Source: Nitrospinales bacterium
Lineage (GTDB): Bacteria; Nitrospinota; Nitrospinia; Nitrospinales; VA-1
Direction of reading: 5' to 3'
Length of the DNA stretch: 64,000 nucleotides
Assembly: GCA_965223345.1 (NCBI GenBank)
Contig: CBDCWG010000001.1
Span: 128,001 to 192,000, forward strand
Of this stretch, positions 1 to 8,340 are shown piece by piece; within the stretch, counting starts at the first letter, position 1, and each line of letters starts with the position of its first letter. Below the pieces are notes generated by a model. The model ran no database searches. It was not told the DNA's origin and saw only the letters and a list, made by a program, of their open reading frames with translations. A program made the translations under genes and the position numbers.

Positions 1-1522
1 CGGTCCCGTTCTCGCCGCAGCGCAGGCGCTGTTGATGGCGTTCGCCTGCATGGGCCAGGGGTTTGCATGGGCCATCGAATCCCGCACCATCGAGCGCATG
101 ATCGAGGCCACCGAACCGTTTCCCGATCAGGGTTCGCTGGTCGAGAAACGGCGCGCCCGGCTGGAACGCGGCCGCGTGCATTACCTGAGGTTCTGCGCCC
201 ATTGCCACGGCAAGACGGGGCAGGGCAACGGCCGGATTTCGTATTACCTGTCGCCGCGTCCCCGCGACCTGAGCATGGGGTTGTTCAAAATCCGTTCGAC
301 CCGCACCAACAACCTGCCGCTCGACCGCGATCTGCACCGCACCATCCGCAACGGCATTCCCGGAACCGCCATGCCGGCCTGGGGCAGCGTGTTGTCGGAC
401 GAGTCGATCGGCGCGCTGGTGGAATACATCAAGACGTTTTCGCATCGCTTCGAACTGGAAACGCCGGATTTCGTCGCCAACCCCGAACTGGAGCCGCCGC
501 TGGATTCCTTTTCCGTGGCGCACGGCAAGCAATTGTACCGCGAGCTGCGCTGCGGCCGCTGCCACGGCAAAGCCGGGGAGCGGGAAGGGCCGCTGGAGGC
601 GGAGCTCAACGACAGCTGGGGGCATCCCTCGCGCGTGTACGATCTGCGCCGTCCGGACCGCTACAAGGCCGGCGCCTCCGCGCACGCCATTCACAAAACC
701 CTGACCACCGGCATGGACGGCACGCCGATGAACGCCTACGACTACCTTTCCAACGACGAGATCTGGCACCTGGTGCATTATCTCAAGGCCGGTTTTCAGG
801 GAACCGGGCAACCCGCCGCGCCGGCGGGCGCGCTCACCAGCCATCGGGTGGAAGGGGCGCTGGCGACCTCTCCATTGGACCCGGTGTGGGAAACGGTCCC
901 GGCCCAATCCACGCGGCTGTTTTCCCTGAAGACGAAAAAGCACCGCGTTTCCGGCTTTAAGGTGCAGTCCATCCAGAACGGCACAGCGATCGCCTTTCGC
1001 CTGCAGTGGCAAGACGACACACCCGACACCGCCGCGGACGGCCAACGGTTTTACCTCGACGCCGCCGCATTGCAGTTCGCCGCCGCCGGCGAATCGATCC
1101 GCGACACGCCGTTTTTCGGCATGGGGGCGAACGGCAAACCGGTGAACATCTGGCACTGGAAAGCCGACGTCTCGCAAACAGTGATCCGCACCACGCCTGC
1201 ATCGACCCGGACGGCGAGCGAAAAGCCGCTGGCGACCGTCAACCCCTTCACCGGCTCGGCGCTTGAAGAGATCAACGCCGAAGGCATGGGAACGCTTTGG
1301 GTGCAGTCTCTGGAAGACCAGCAGATCCGGGGGGAAGGGGTGTGGGAAAACGGCGTCTGGAAAGTGGTGATGGTGCGGGAACTCAAGACGCAGAGCCGCT
1401 ATGATGTCGAGTTTGAGCAGGACGGATCGATGCTCGTGGCGGTGGCGCTGTGGAACGGGGCGCTCAAGGAAAAAAACGCCGACAAAACCGTGAGCCTCTG
1501 GCAGGTGCTGGATTTGCAATAG
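1..1522 (+). CDS. Exported diheme c-type cytochrome with a C-terminal ethylbenzene-dehydrogenase-gamma/DOMON-like heme-b domain; 5' end probably lies before the window
   Basis: Two CxxCH motifs (CAHCH, CGRCH), each followed by GxPGTxMP/GMxGTPM-type Met ligand motifs. C-terminal motifs FRLQWQDDT, DAAALQF, VNIWHWKA, GVWKVV, AVALWNG. The frame is open back to base 2 and encodes a signal-peptide-like stretch. Confidence 0.8.
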   Translation, partial: GPVLAAAQALLMAFACMGQGFAWAIESRTIERMIEATEPFPDQGSLVEKRRARLERGRVHYLRFCAHCHGKTGQGNGRISYYLSPRPRDLSMGLFKIRSTRTNNLPLDRDLHRTIRNGIPGTAMPAWGSVLSDESIGALVEYIKTFSHRFELETPDFVANPELEPPLDSFSVAHGKQLYRELRCGRCHGKAGEREGPLEAELNDSWGHPSRVYDLRRPDRYKAGASAHAIHKTLTTGMDGTPMNAYDYLSNDEIWHLVHYLKAGFQGTGQPAAPAGALTSHRVEGALATSPLDPVWETVPAQSTRLFSLKTKKHRVSGFKVQSIQNGTAIAFRLQWQDDTPDTAADGQRFYLDAAALQFAAAGESIRDTPFFGMGANGKPVNIWHWKADVSQTVIRTTPASTRTASEKPLATVNPFTGSALEEINAEGMGTLWVQSLEDQQIRGEGVWENGVWKVVMVRELKTQSRYDVEFEQDGSMLVAVALWNGALKEKNADKTVSLWQVLDLQ

Positions 1523-1550
1523 CCGGTAAAACTTTTCGGTCTTCGTATTC

Positions 1551-2339
1551 ATGGACGTCAATCAGATCCGTTTCGCCATCTTCATCGGTGTGTTCGCGCT
1601 GATGCTCGTGATCGAGCAGTTCGCGCCGCGCCACCCGAGAGTCGATTCCAAGCCGCGCCGGTTCGCCATCAACCTCGGCATTACCGGGCTGGACATCGTG
1701 CTGGTGCGTCTGGTGTTCGGCGCCGCCGCGGTGGGCGCCGCGCATTTCGCCGCCGAGCGCAACTGGGGCGTGCTGAATTACTGGGAGCTGCCCGCCGCTC
1801 TGGAGATGGTGATTGCGGTTGTGTTTTTGGACCTGATGATCTACATTCAGCACGTGGTGGTGCACATGATTCCGTTTTTCTGGCGTTTCCACATCGTGCA
1901 CCATTCCGATCTGGATCTCGATGTTTCTTCCGGGCTGCGTTTTCATCCCGTCGAGATCCTGGGATCGATGCTGTTCAAGATCGGACTGATCTTCGCGCTC
2001 GGGCCCACGCCGCTGGCGGTGCTGGTGTTCGAGGCGATCCTGAACGGCATGGCCATGTTTTCCCATTCCAACATCAACCTGCCCGTGGGTCTGGACCGCG
2101 TTCTGCGCTGGCTGATCGTGACGCCGGACATGCACCGCATCCACCATTCCGTGGAAGTGAACGAAACCAATTCCAATTACGGCTTCAACCTTTCCATCTG
2201 GGACCGCCTGCTGGGCACCTACATCCACAACGCGAAAAAACCCCAGCCTGAAATCGACATCGGCGTCTCGGCGTTCCGCAAGCCGAGCGAGGTGGGGTTC
2301 ACGGATCTTCTGATGATCCCGTTTCGAAAAATTCCCTGA
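1551..2339 (+). CDS. Sterol desaturase / fatty acid hydroxylase superfamily membrane protein
   Basis: His boxes HVVVH, HIVHH, HSN and HRIHH, the NYG...WDRLLGT motif, and hydrophobic segments. Confidence 0.85.
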   Translation: MDVNQIRFAIFIGVFALMLVIEQFAPRHPRVDSKPRRFAINLGITGLDIVLVRLVFGAAAVGAAHFAAERNWGVLNYWELPAALEMVIAVVFLDLMIYIQHVVVHMIPFFWRFHIVHHSDLDLDVSSGLRFHPVEILGSMLFKIGLIFALGPTPLAVLVFEAILNGMAMFSHSNINLPVGLDRVLRWLIVTPDMHRIHHSVEVNETNSNYGFNLSIWDRLLGTYIHNAKKPQPEIDIGVSAFRKPSEVGFTDLLMIPFRKIP

Positions 2340-2401
2340 ACCGGCGGTTCGTCCACACCGGTCCCGGGTTTCGACCACTCCCTTTCCCAAAGGATACTTC
2401 C

Positions 2402-3829
2402 ATGGTCCGCCTCACCAAAATCATCGCCACGCTGGGCCCCGCCAGCGGCACGAAAAGCGGCATCAAAAAACTCGTCCGTTCCGGCGTGGACCTGTTCCGC
2501 CTCAACCTGTCGCATGGCAAGCACGAACAGGTGCAGCAGTGGATCGGGTGGATCCGCGACGCGGAAAGCGAGCTGGGCCAGTTTGTCGGCATCCTGCTCG
2601 ATCTGCAGGGCCCCAAGATCCGCGTTGGCAAATTCGAGGGCGGGGCCATTCACCTGCACAACGGGCAGAAGCTGGTGATGACCACGGAAAAAGTGCAGGG
2701 CACAGCCGCCGTCATTCCGGTGCAGTACGCCAAGTTCCACCAGGAGGTGCGCAAAGGCGACATGGTGTTCATGGACGATGGCAACATATCCGTCCAGGTT
2801 GGCAAGGTGTCCGGTTCCCGCGTTCACGTCGTGGTGCGCCACGGCGGCATCTTATCCGACCACAAAGGCGTCAATCTGCCCGACTCGGTCATTCAGGTCA
2901 GCGCGCTGACGCGCAAGGACAAACAGGATCTCAAATTCGGACTGAAAGCGGGCGTGGATTTCGTCGCCCTGTCGTTCGCCGGTTCCGCGAAAGACATCCG
3001 CCAGCTCAGGCGGCTGATCGAGGCGGAGGGCAAGGATGTGGACATCATCGCCAAAATCGAACGCAAGCAGGCGGTGGCCAACCTGGAAGAAATCGTCAAG
3101 GAAGCCGACGCGGTGATGGTGGCGCGCGGCGATCTGGGAATCGAAATCCCCATCGCCGAGGTCCCGGTGGTGCAGCAGCGCATCCTCAAAGAATGCACGC
3201 ATCAGTCCAAGCCGGTCATTGTCGCGACGCAGATGCTGGAATCGATGATCGAAAACGCCCGGCCCACCCGGGCGGAAGTCTCCGACATCTCCAACTCGGT
3301 CATGTTCTGCGCCGACGCCATCATGCTGTCGGCGGAAACGGCGGTGGGCAAGCACCCGAGAGCCGCGGTGGAGGTGATGGTGGAAACGGCGCTCAAGACC
3401 GAAGCGCACCAGAAACAGACCCAGCACATCCCGCCCTGGAGCTGGTATTTTGAGAAGGGAGACCCCTCCATCCCGCTCGGTGTTTCCTATTCCGCCAACC
3501 GCATGGTCGAGCTGCTGGAAGCGAGCGCCATCCTGGTGTTCACCCTGACCGGCGGCACGGCGCGCATGATCACCGCACCGCATCCCATGGTGCCCGTGTT
3601 CGCATTCACCGCGGACCTCAACCGGGCGCGCCGGCTGACGCTGCTGCGCGGCGCCGTCCCGTTTCTCACGAAATCCACCGACGACTATCTGGGCGATGTG
3701 GCCGGACTGTTCACCATGTTGAAGAAGAAACGGCTGGTGAAGAAAAAGGACCGGCTGGTGATCGCCTCCGGCGTTCCCGTTGGCATCCCGCAGTGGACCA
3801 ACGTCATCCGCGTCGAAACCGTTCCGTGA
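2402..3829 (+). CDS. pyk: Pyruvate kinase
   Basis: Motifs TKIIATLGPAS, DLQGPKIR, IIAKIE, MVARGDLG, ATQMLESM, PTRAEVSD. Confidence 0.97.
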   Translation: MVRLTKIIATLGPASGTKSGIKKLVRSGVDLFRLNLSHGKHEQVQQWIGWIRDAESELGQFVGILLDLQGPKIRVGKFEGGAIHLHNGQKLVMTTEKVQGTAAVIPVQYAKFHQEVRKGDMVFMDDGNISVQVGKVSGSRVHVVVRHGGILSDHKGVNLPDSVIQVSALTRKDKQDLKFGLKAGVDFVALSFAGSAKDIRQLRRLIEAEGKDVDIIAKIERKQAVANLEEIVKEADAVMVARGDLGIEIPIAEVPVVQQRILKECTHQSKPVIVATQMLESMIENARPTRAEVSDISNSVMFCADAIMLSAETAVGKHPRAAVEVMVETALKTEAHQKQTQHIPPWSWYFEKGDPSIPLGVSYSANRMVELLEASAILVFTLTGGTARMITAPHPMVPVFAFTADLNRARRLTLLRGAVPFLTKSTDDYLGDVAGLFTMLKKKRLVKKKDRLVIASGVPVGIPQWTNVIRVETVP

Positions 3830-3905
3830 GCGCGCTCCTGCGGTGCAGCGGAAAACTCCAAACGGGGTGGTTCTCCGCCGGTCAAAATCCTGCTACAATC
3901 GTCCC

Positions 3906-4118
3906 ATGTCGGCGCGCTACTACATCCTGACCGCTCTTCTGGTCCTGGCCATCACCGCAGGGATCAGTGTGTGGAAAGAGAAACGCACCGCGCCGGAAAT
4001 TTTCAAAGTGCTGGTGCAGGTGCTGCTGTCGGTGATCCTGGTGTTCGCGGCCGTGTTCGCGTTCGCGAAACTGCTGGAGTATCTGGGAATCGCTCAGTCG
4101 GGGTTTGTGGTGGGATGA
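3906..4118 (+). CDS. Small two-helix membrane protein
   Basis: ATG at 3906 (MSARYYILTALL...); two hydrophobic helices. Confidence 0.6.
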   Translation: MSARYYILTALLVLAITAGISVWKEKRTAPEIFKVLVQVLLSVILVFAAVFAFAKLLEYLGIAQSGFVVG

Positions 4119-4342
4119 GAACGGACATGGAATTCACGCCCTTCATGATTTTTATCATGATCCTGTCGTTTCTGGGAATCTCGTTTTTCATGGGAATGCT
4201 GATCCATTCGGCGATCATGTATGAAGACAGGGAAAATATGAAAAAGGACAGCAAGAAGGGATGGATCCTTTGCATGCTCGCCGGGACCGGCATCACAGGC
4301 TGGATGTTCTACTATGGCTACTACGTCAACTTCCTCCGGTGA
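4115..4342 (+). CDS. Small two-helix membrane protein
   Basis: ATGA overlap with the upstream stop codon; two hydrophobic helices. Confidence 0.6.
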   Translation: MRTDMEFTPFMIFIMILSFLGISFFMGMLIHSAIMYEDRENMKKDSKKGWILCMLAGTGITGWMFYYGYYVNFLR

Positions 4343-4394
4343 AACTTCTTTAACGACGCCAAAGCGGCTACGGCCAGAAAAAGAACAACGCGCA

Positions 4395-4745
4395 TCAATT
4401 GGAAAGGATGTCCACCAGGCGTGTGCAGTCGTTCTTGTAGGTCATGAATTCCTCGCGGTCCTCTTCCCCGAGATCCTCCGACATATTCTCATCGATCAAA
4501 TCGATCGCATCGTTCAAACCGCCCGCAACGATGTCGAGATCCGATTCGCTCAACGCGTACAGAGAGGGGTTCTGTTTCAGTTTTTCGAAGACGCGGGTGT
4601 ATTTCAATTTGTAATCGAACAGCGTGTCCCGCTTTTTATCCGGAAGATTCCCTTTGAGCTCGGTGTTCATGTCCGAGATGGAATCGTTGAGTGCCATCTT
4701 TATGGTTTCGATGTCTTTTTCGTTGATCGACGCTAAGGATTTCAT
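4395..4745 (-). CDS. Hypothetical acidic protein with an internal duplicated helical motif
   Basis: GGAAGGGA RBS-like sequence; repeated motif INEKDIETIKMALNDSI / LSESDLDIVAGGLNDAI. Confidence 0.7.
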   Translation of the reverse strand: MKSLASINEKDIETIKMALNDSISDMNTELKGNLPDKKRDTLFDYKLKYTRVFEKLKQNPSLYALSESDLDIVAGGLNDAIDLIDENMSEDLGEEDREEFMTYKNDCTRLVDILSN

Positions 4746-4936
4746 ATTTCCCTTCCAAGAGATAAAATACTGAAAAAATTTACAGCCGTGCCGTCGGCAT
4801 CCGTAGTTGGTTCAAATTCTGTGCTTTGAGAGTTGGAGCAGGATCCGGCACGTCCTCTACTAATATATCCTAAAATCGCGGAAAATTTAACGGAAGAGTG
4901 GAAAAAAACTCACCTTCCTCAGGAAGGGGGAAAAAG

Positions 4937-4974
4937 AAAAGCCGGCCCTCCCGAGGGAGGCACCGGCTTTTTTT
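4937..4974. terminator. Intrinsic terminator downstream of hsp20, possibly bidirectional
   Basis: AAAA-GCCGG...CCGGC-TTTTTTT hairpin with flanking A and T tracts. Confidence 0.7.
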
Positions 4975-4989
4975 AACCCAGCCGCCGAA

Positions 4990-5418
4990 TCAGGAACCGA
5001 TTTTGATCTCGACCTTCCTGGGTTTGGCTTTTTCCTTTTTCGCCAGGGAGACATGCAGCACCCCGTTTTCCAGCCGGGCGGTGACTTTATCCGGATCGAC
5101 CTGTTCGCCGAGGCGGAAATCGCGCTCGAAATCCCAATGGCCGATTTCCCTCACGTGAACCGTTCCTTCCGTCTCCGCAACCGCCTTCTGGCCTCTGAGA
5201 GCCAGGATGCCGTCCTTCATCTCGATGTCGATGTCCTTCTCCGTCATGCCGGGGACTTCCGCCATCAGCGTGAACTCATTGTCCGTCTCGACGATGTTGA
5301 CCTTGGGCCAGCTGCCCTTTGTATGGTTGTAAGCCGGGAACAGATCCCCGCGCACTTGATCGAAAAAAGGGTCCGAATCGAAAAAATTCCGAGTGGGATT
5401 GTGCATGACCAGTTTCAT
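4990..5418 (-). CDS. Hsp20/alpha-crystallin small heat-shock protein
   Basis: Motifs PKVNIVET, AEVPG, FERDFRL, ARLENGVLHVSL; AGGAGG RBS. Confidence 0.93.
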   Translation of the reverse strand: MKLVMHNPTRNFFDSDPFFDQVRGDLFPAYNHTKGSWPKVNIVETDNEFTLMAEVPGMTEKDIDIEMKDGILALRGQKAVAETEGTVHVREIGHWDFERDFRLGEQVDPDKVTARLENGVLHVSLAKKEKAKPRKVEIKIGS

Positions 5419-5696
5419 AATCTGAACCTCCTTTTGAAAATCGGATATCGGGAAAAATGTGAATTCCTCTGGATGCCCGGGTCATTGTTTGCTATCCAGT
5501 AGATAAAATCACGTTCCGGCGCTGTCAAGCCGGGTGGCAAAAAAATTATAAATTCAATAATATCAATGATTTATGGTTGTCTGGGGCGGTGGGAGAGGGG
5601 GCGGAACGCCCGTTCAGGCAGGCTCCAGCGGGAGCGGGCCTATCGGATCAGGAGCCGGGTCGAAAGCCGGGGGCGGCACGCGCAGGCTCGCCGTTT

Positions 5697-5765
5697 GGGG
5701 AAAAAGTTCGAACCGAAACCCAAAAACGCGGTGCGGCGTGAGCAAACTCCCCCCACGGGGAGTGG
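5697..5765 (-). repeat. tRNA-linked ~70 bp trailer repeat, copy A
   Basis: 52/69 ungapped identity (hand count) to 23289-23357; begins at the CCA of the displaced tRNA-Val 3' end. Confidence 0.8.
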
Positions 5766-5808
5766 TGGGCGCGACAGGGTTCGAACCTGTGACTTCTGCC
5801 ATGTGAGG
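5763..5808 (-). repeat. Displaced 3' half of tRNA-Val(CAC), an att site of the island
   Basis: Minus strand reads CCTCACATGGCAGAAGTCACAGGTTCGAACCCTGTCGCGCCCACCA. An 18 bp core (5791-5808) is identical to 11407-11424. Confidence 0.92.
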
Positions 5809-6526
5809 TTTGCAAGTACAAAATCCTTCACCCCATTCAAATTGGGTTATAGCTTTATAAAATGGTTGTTTGGCAGTCGTCGTTTCAGTTCTTCGTTCAC
5901 TCGAAAATTCCCAAGTTTCCCATCATTTACCAGCTTTTATCAGGATTTTGGCTTCATCAAGGCTCGGCCTGGGGAGGTAGATTTTAAATGGTTCCGGCGA
6001 ACCATCTCCCCGGTCGGGCTACCGGCAACACCGATGGTGAACTCTTTACGGCGGAATCAACAAAAGGAGTATGCCTAATGTGACACATAATTTATGAAAA
6101 TGCACACATAGGGTGTGTCAAAAAGTTCTCCATACTCAAAAACTGCCTCACTCCAACTCTAAACTCCATCAACCCGGCCCCAGAGTCCACCATAAACCCT
6201 TCAAAAAAAATTAGAAACAAAATACAAAAAACTTCCGGAAACACTTGCCGTTGAAACGGGTGGCGGGGGTGATCATTATTATTTCCGACACCCTCCATTC
6301 AAAATCACGTCTACCATAGGTATGGCTATCGAGGTATAGATCCATACCTCACCAGAAAGATTATCGGGCTAATTCTGGCGCATAGGAACAGGAACTACAT
6401 TTCTGCGCTGAATGTGCTGTGTCTCGGACAAAATTAAAAGAAAACATACATAATGACCATCAGGAAAAAGCCACCCACCACCCCGGGAGCCTTCGGGCTC
6501 CTGGGAGTCGGAGGCCGATCCATTTA

Positions 6527-7699
6527 TCAAATCCAACCAAGCGATCGAAGTTTTTCCAAGACCCAATCAGAATAAAGTCGGCTGCCTTCCGCATTGAGGT
6601 GTACATAATCTTCCGGATGCATGATATCCGTTATGCGGAGATTGTTCGATTTCACCTTCTCCTGCAACGAAAGAAACTCAATGCCGTTTGTATCGGAAAA
6701 TTCTTTGAGAAGCCGGGTGACTTTTTCAAAATCGAAGACATCGCCATATTCTTGGGTACTCCATGCTTTTCGGGCAGGGGCAAGAACATTTCCGTACACG
6801 CCCTCCACCAGAAGGAATCGAATCCCCTGTCCGACAAGGAACTGTTTCATTTCCTTGATTATTGCAAACAAAAGTTTAATACGGTATTCATCATCCGAAC
6901 TGTAGATTTTCTTATAAGGGGTCAGTTCTATTTGAGCTTCAAGAGGCATCGAATCGTAAAATTTCCCCATGGGATGACTTCTCAATAGCAGGGTTGCTTT
7001 GCGATAAAAAAAGGATATTCTCGAAAGGCCATCATGAATTTTATCCCATTGGGAGGAATAACGATTTTCGGATTTTAAAATTTCATTAGTGTAGGGATAT
7101 GGGAAGCCTTTCAATATCAGAGAATCTGGGTTTTGGGTATCAAGCTGGAAGTAAGGTTTATTCATATGAACATTGTCATAAATATCATTGATGCAAAAAG
7201 TATAAATGACAATGTCCGGAGAATATTTAATCGCTTTGTGTTTTAGGAATAGAAATACCTGGTCAGTGGAAAATCCGCGCGTCCCCAAATTGAGGACTTC
7301 CCATCGATCCGCCAGGGCCGCTTCCATGAGAACCTGTGCGCGCTGCTCCTCCTCCGCCTCCCAGAATTCCGTGGTAGAATCACCGACCAGTGCGATCCTT
7401 GGTTTTTTCTTAATGAACTCGCGCTCCCTGTCGGTGAAACCGTGGCTGTTGTTCCGCACATACTGCTTGGTTCCGTCCTGGTACAAATAAACATAACCCT
7501 CGGAGCCGGGGACCTTGACCCATCCGGTGATCGGATCGTCTTTGTAAAAACCGGGAGGATGGTGCGGCCCTCGAATATCCAGCACAAAATAAACGAACAA
7601 TTCAACAGCCATTAAAGGCAGGAAGATGCCCAGAGTCATCAAAAGCAACCGGGCCGCCCATTCCGATTTGGGGAAGGAATTATTCTTCAGAGTTCCCAT
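6527..7699 (-). CDS. Membrane-anchored SGNH/GDSL hydrolase family protein (SxtL/AlgJ-like)
   Basis: N-terminal TM helix; blocks ALVGDS, NLGTRG, CINDI and DYVHLN. Likely start is ATG 7699. Confidence 0.85.
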   Translation of the reverse strand: MGTLKNNSFPKSEWAARLLLMTLGIFLPLMAVELFVYFVLDIRGPHHPPGFYKDDPITGWVKVPGSEGYVYLYQDGTKQYVRNNSHGFTDREREFIKKKPRIALVGDSTTEFWEAEEEQRAQVLMEAALADRWEVLNLGTRGFSTDQVFLFLKHKAIKYSPDIVIYTFCINDIYDNVHMNKPYFQLDTQNPDSLILKGFPYPYTNEILKSENRYSSQWDKIHDGLSRISFFYRKATLLLRSHPMGKFYDSMPLEAQIELTPYKKIYSSDDEYRIKLLFAIIKEMKQFLVGQGIRFLLVEGVYGNVLAPARKAWSTQEYGDVFDFEKVTRLLKEFSDTNGIEFLSLQEKVKSNNLRITDIMHPEDYVHLNAEGSRLYSDWVLEKLRSLGWI

Positions 7700-7780
7700 A
7701 ATTGCTTCCGTTCCAGCACAAAAAAACTGCACCCTTCATGACTAGCTACAAAAACTCGTAAGAAGGGAAGCGACTTTGGA

Positions 7781-7933
7781 TTAAAACAATGTGTAGATGA
7801 AGGGTGCGACCGCCGAGCCCTGTGATAGAACGATCAAAGCGCCCATCAGCAGCATCGTCACAATGATGGGTGCGAGCCAAAATTTTTTGCGTTCCCTCAT
7901 GAATGCCCACAAATCTTTGATCAGATCCAGCAT
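7781..7933 (-). CDS. SxtK-like (DUF5989) small membrane protein
   Basis: MLDLIKDLWAFMRERKKFWLAPII...APFIYTLF is the characteristic sequence; start overlaps the upstream stop. Confidence 0.88.
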   Translation of the reverse strand: MLDLIKDLWAFMRERKKFWLAPIIVTMLLMGALIVLSQGSAVAPFIYTLF

Positions 7934-8337
7934 CAGAATGGTCTCTCCATATGTTGTTTCGGTAACACCCGGCTTTTGACTCGGTAGGTAGAAAGATCGG
8001 CGTCTATTTTCCGGGCAAGGGGGTCCTTGCGAAAAATCCGCATCACCCGTCCCATTGGAAAAATCATAAGATAAAACACAAGTCCGAGAAGGATTCGCGT
8101 GTTCACCCATCCCAAGACAAAGCCGACCTTCATCCAGCCGCGGTAGATCGGTTGCAGAGCCATGGGAACCAGCCCTGCAAGAAGCCACAATGTTCCGGTC
8201 AGGACCCAGGGCCAGGTCGGAATTTGTTTCCCGAATGCAAACGGCAGCAGCAGTCCGAATAGCACCGCGACGATCGCCCCGGTTATCAGGCCAAATTTAC
8301 GCAGTTCCTGTTTGTCGAGTTTCTTTATCGGTTCCAT
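7933..8337 (-). CDS. SxtJ family membrane protein
   Basis: ELRKFGL...PIYRGWMKVG..LGWVNTRILL..FYL.IFP.G...KDPL...MERPF pattern; lies directly after a carbamoyltransferase. Confidence 0.88.
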   Translation of the reverse strand: MEPIKKLDKQELRKFGLITGAIVAVLFGLLLPFAFGKQIPTWPWVLTGTLWLLAGLVPMALQPIYRGWMKVGFVLGWVNTRILLGLVFYLMIFPMGRVMRIFRKDPLARKIDADLSTYRVKSRVLPKQHMERPF

Positions 8338-8340
8338 GCA

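Noticed and set aside
5566..6078. ORFs spanning the tRNA fragment and trailer, and similar ORFs at 22939-23412
   Set aside because: The shared peptide (RREQTPPTGSGG) is just the translated DNA repeat and tRNA antisense; there is no other coding signal.
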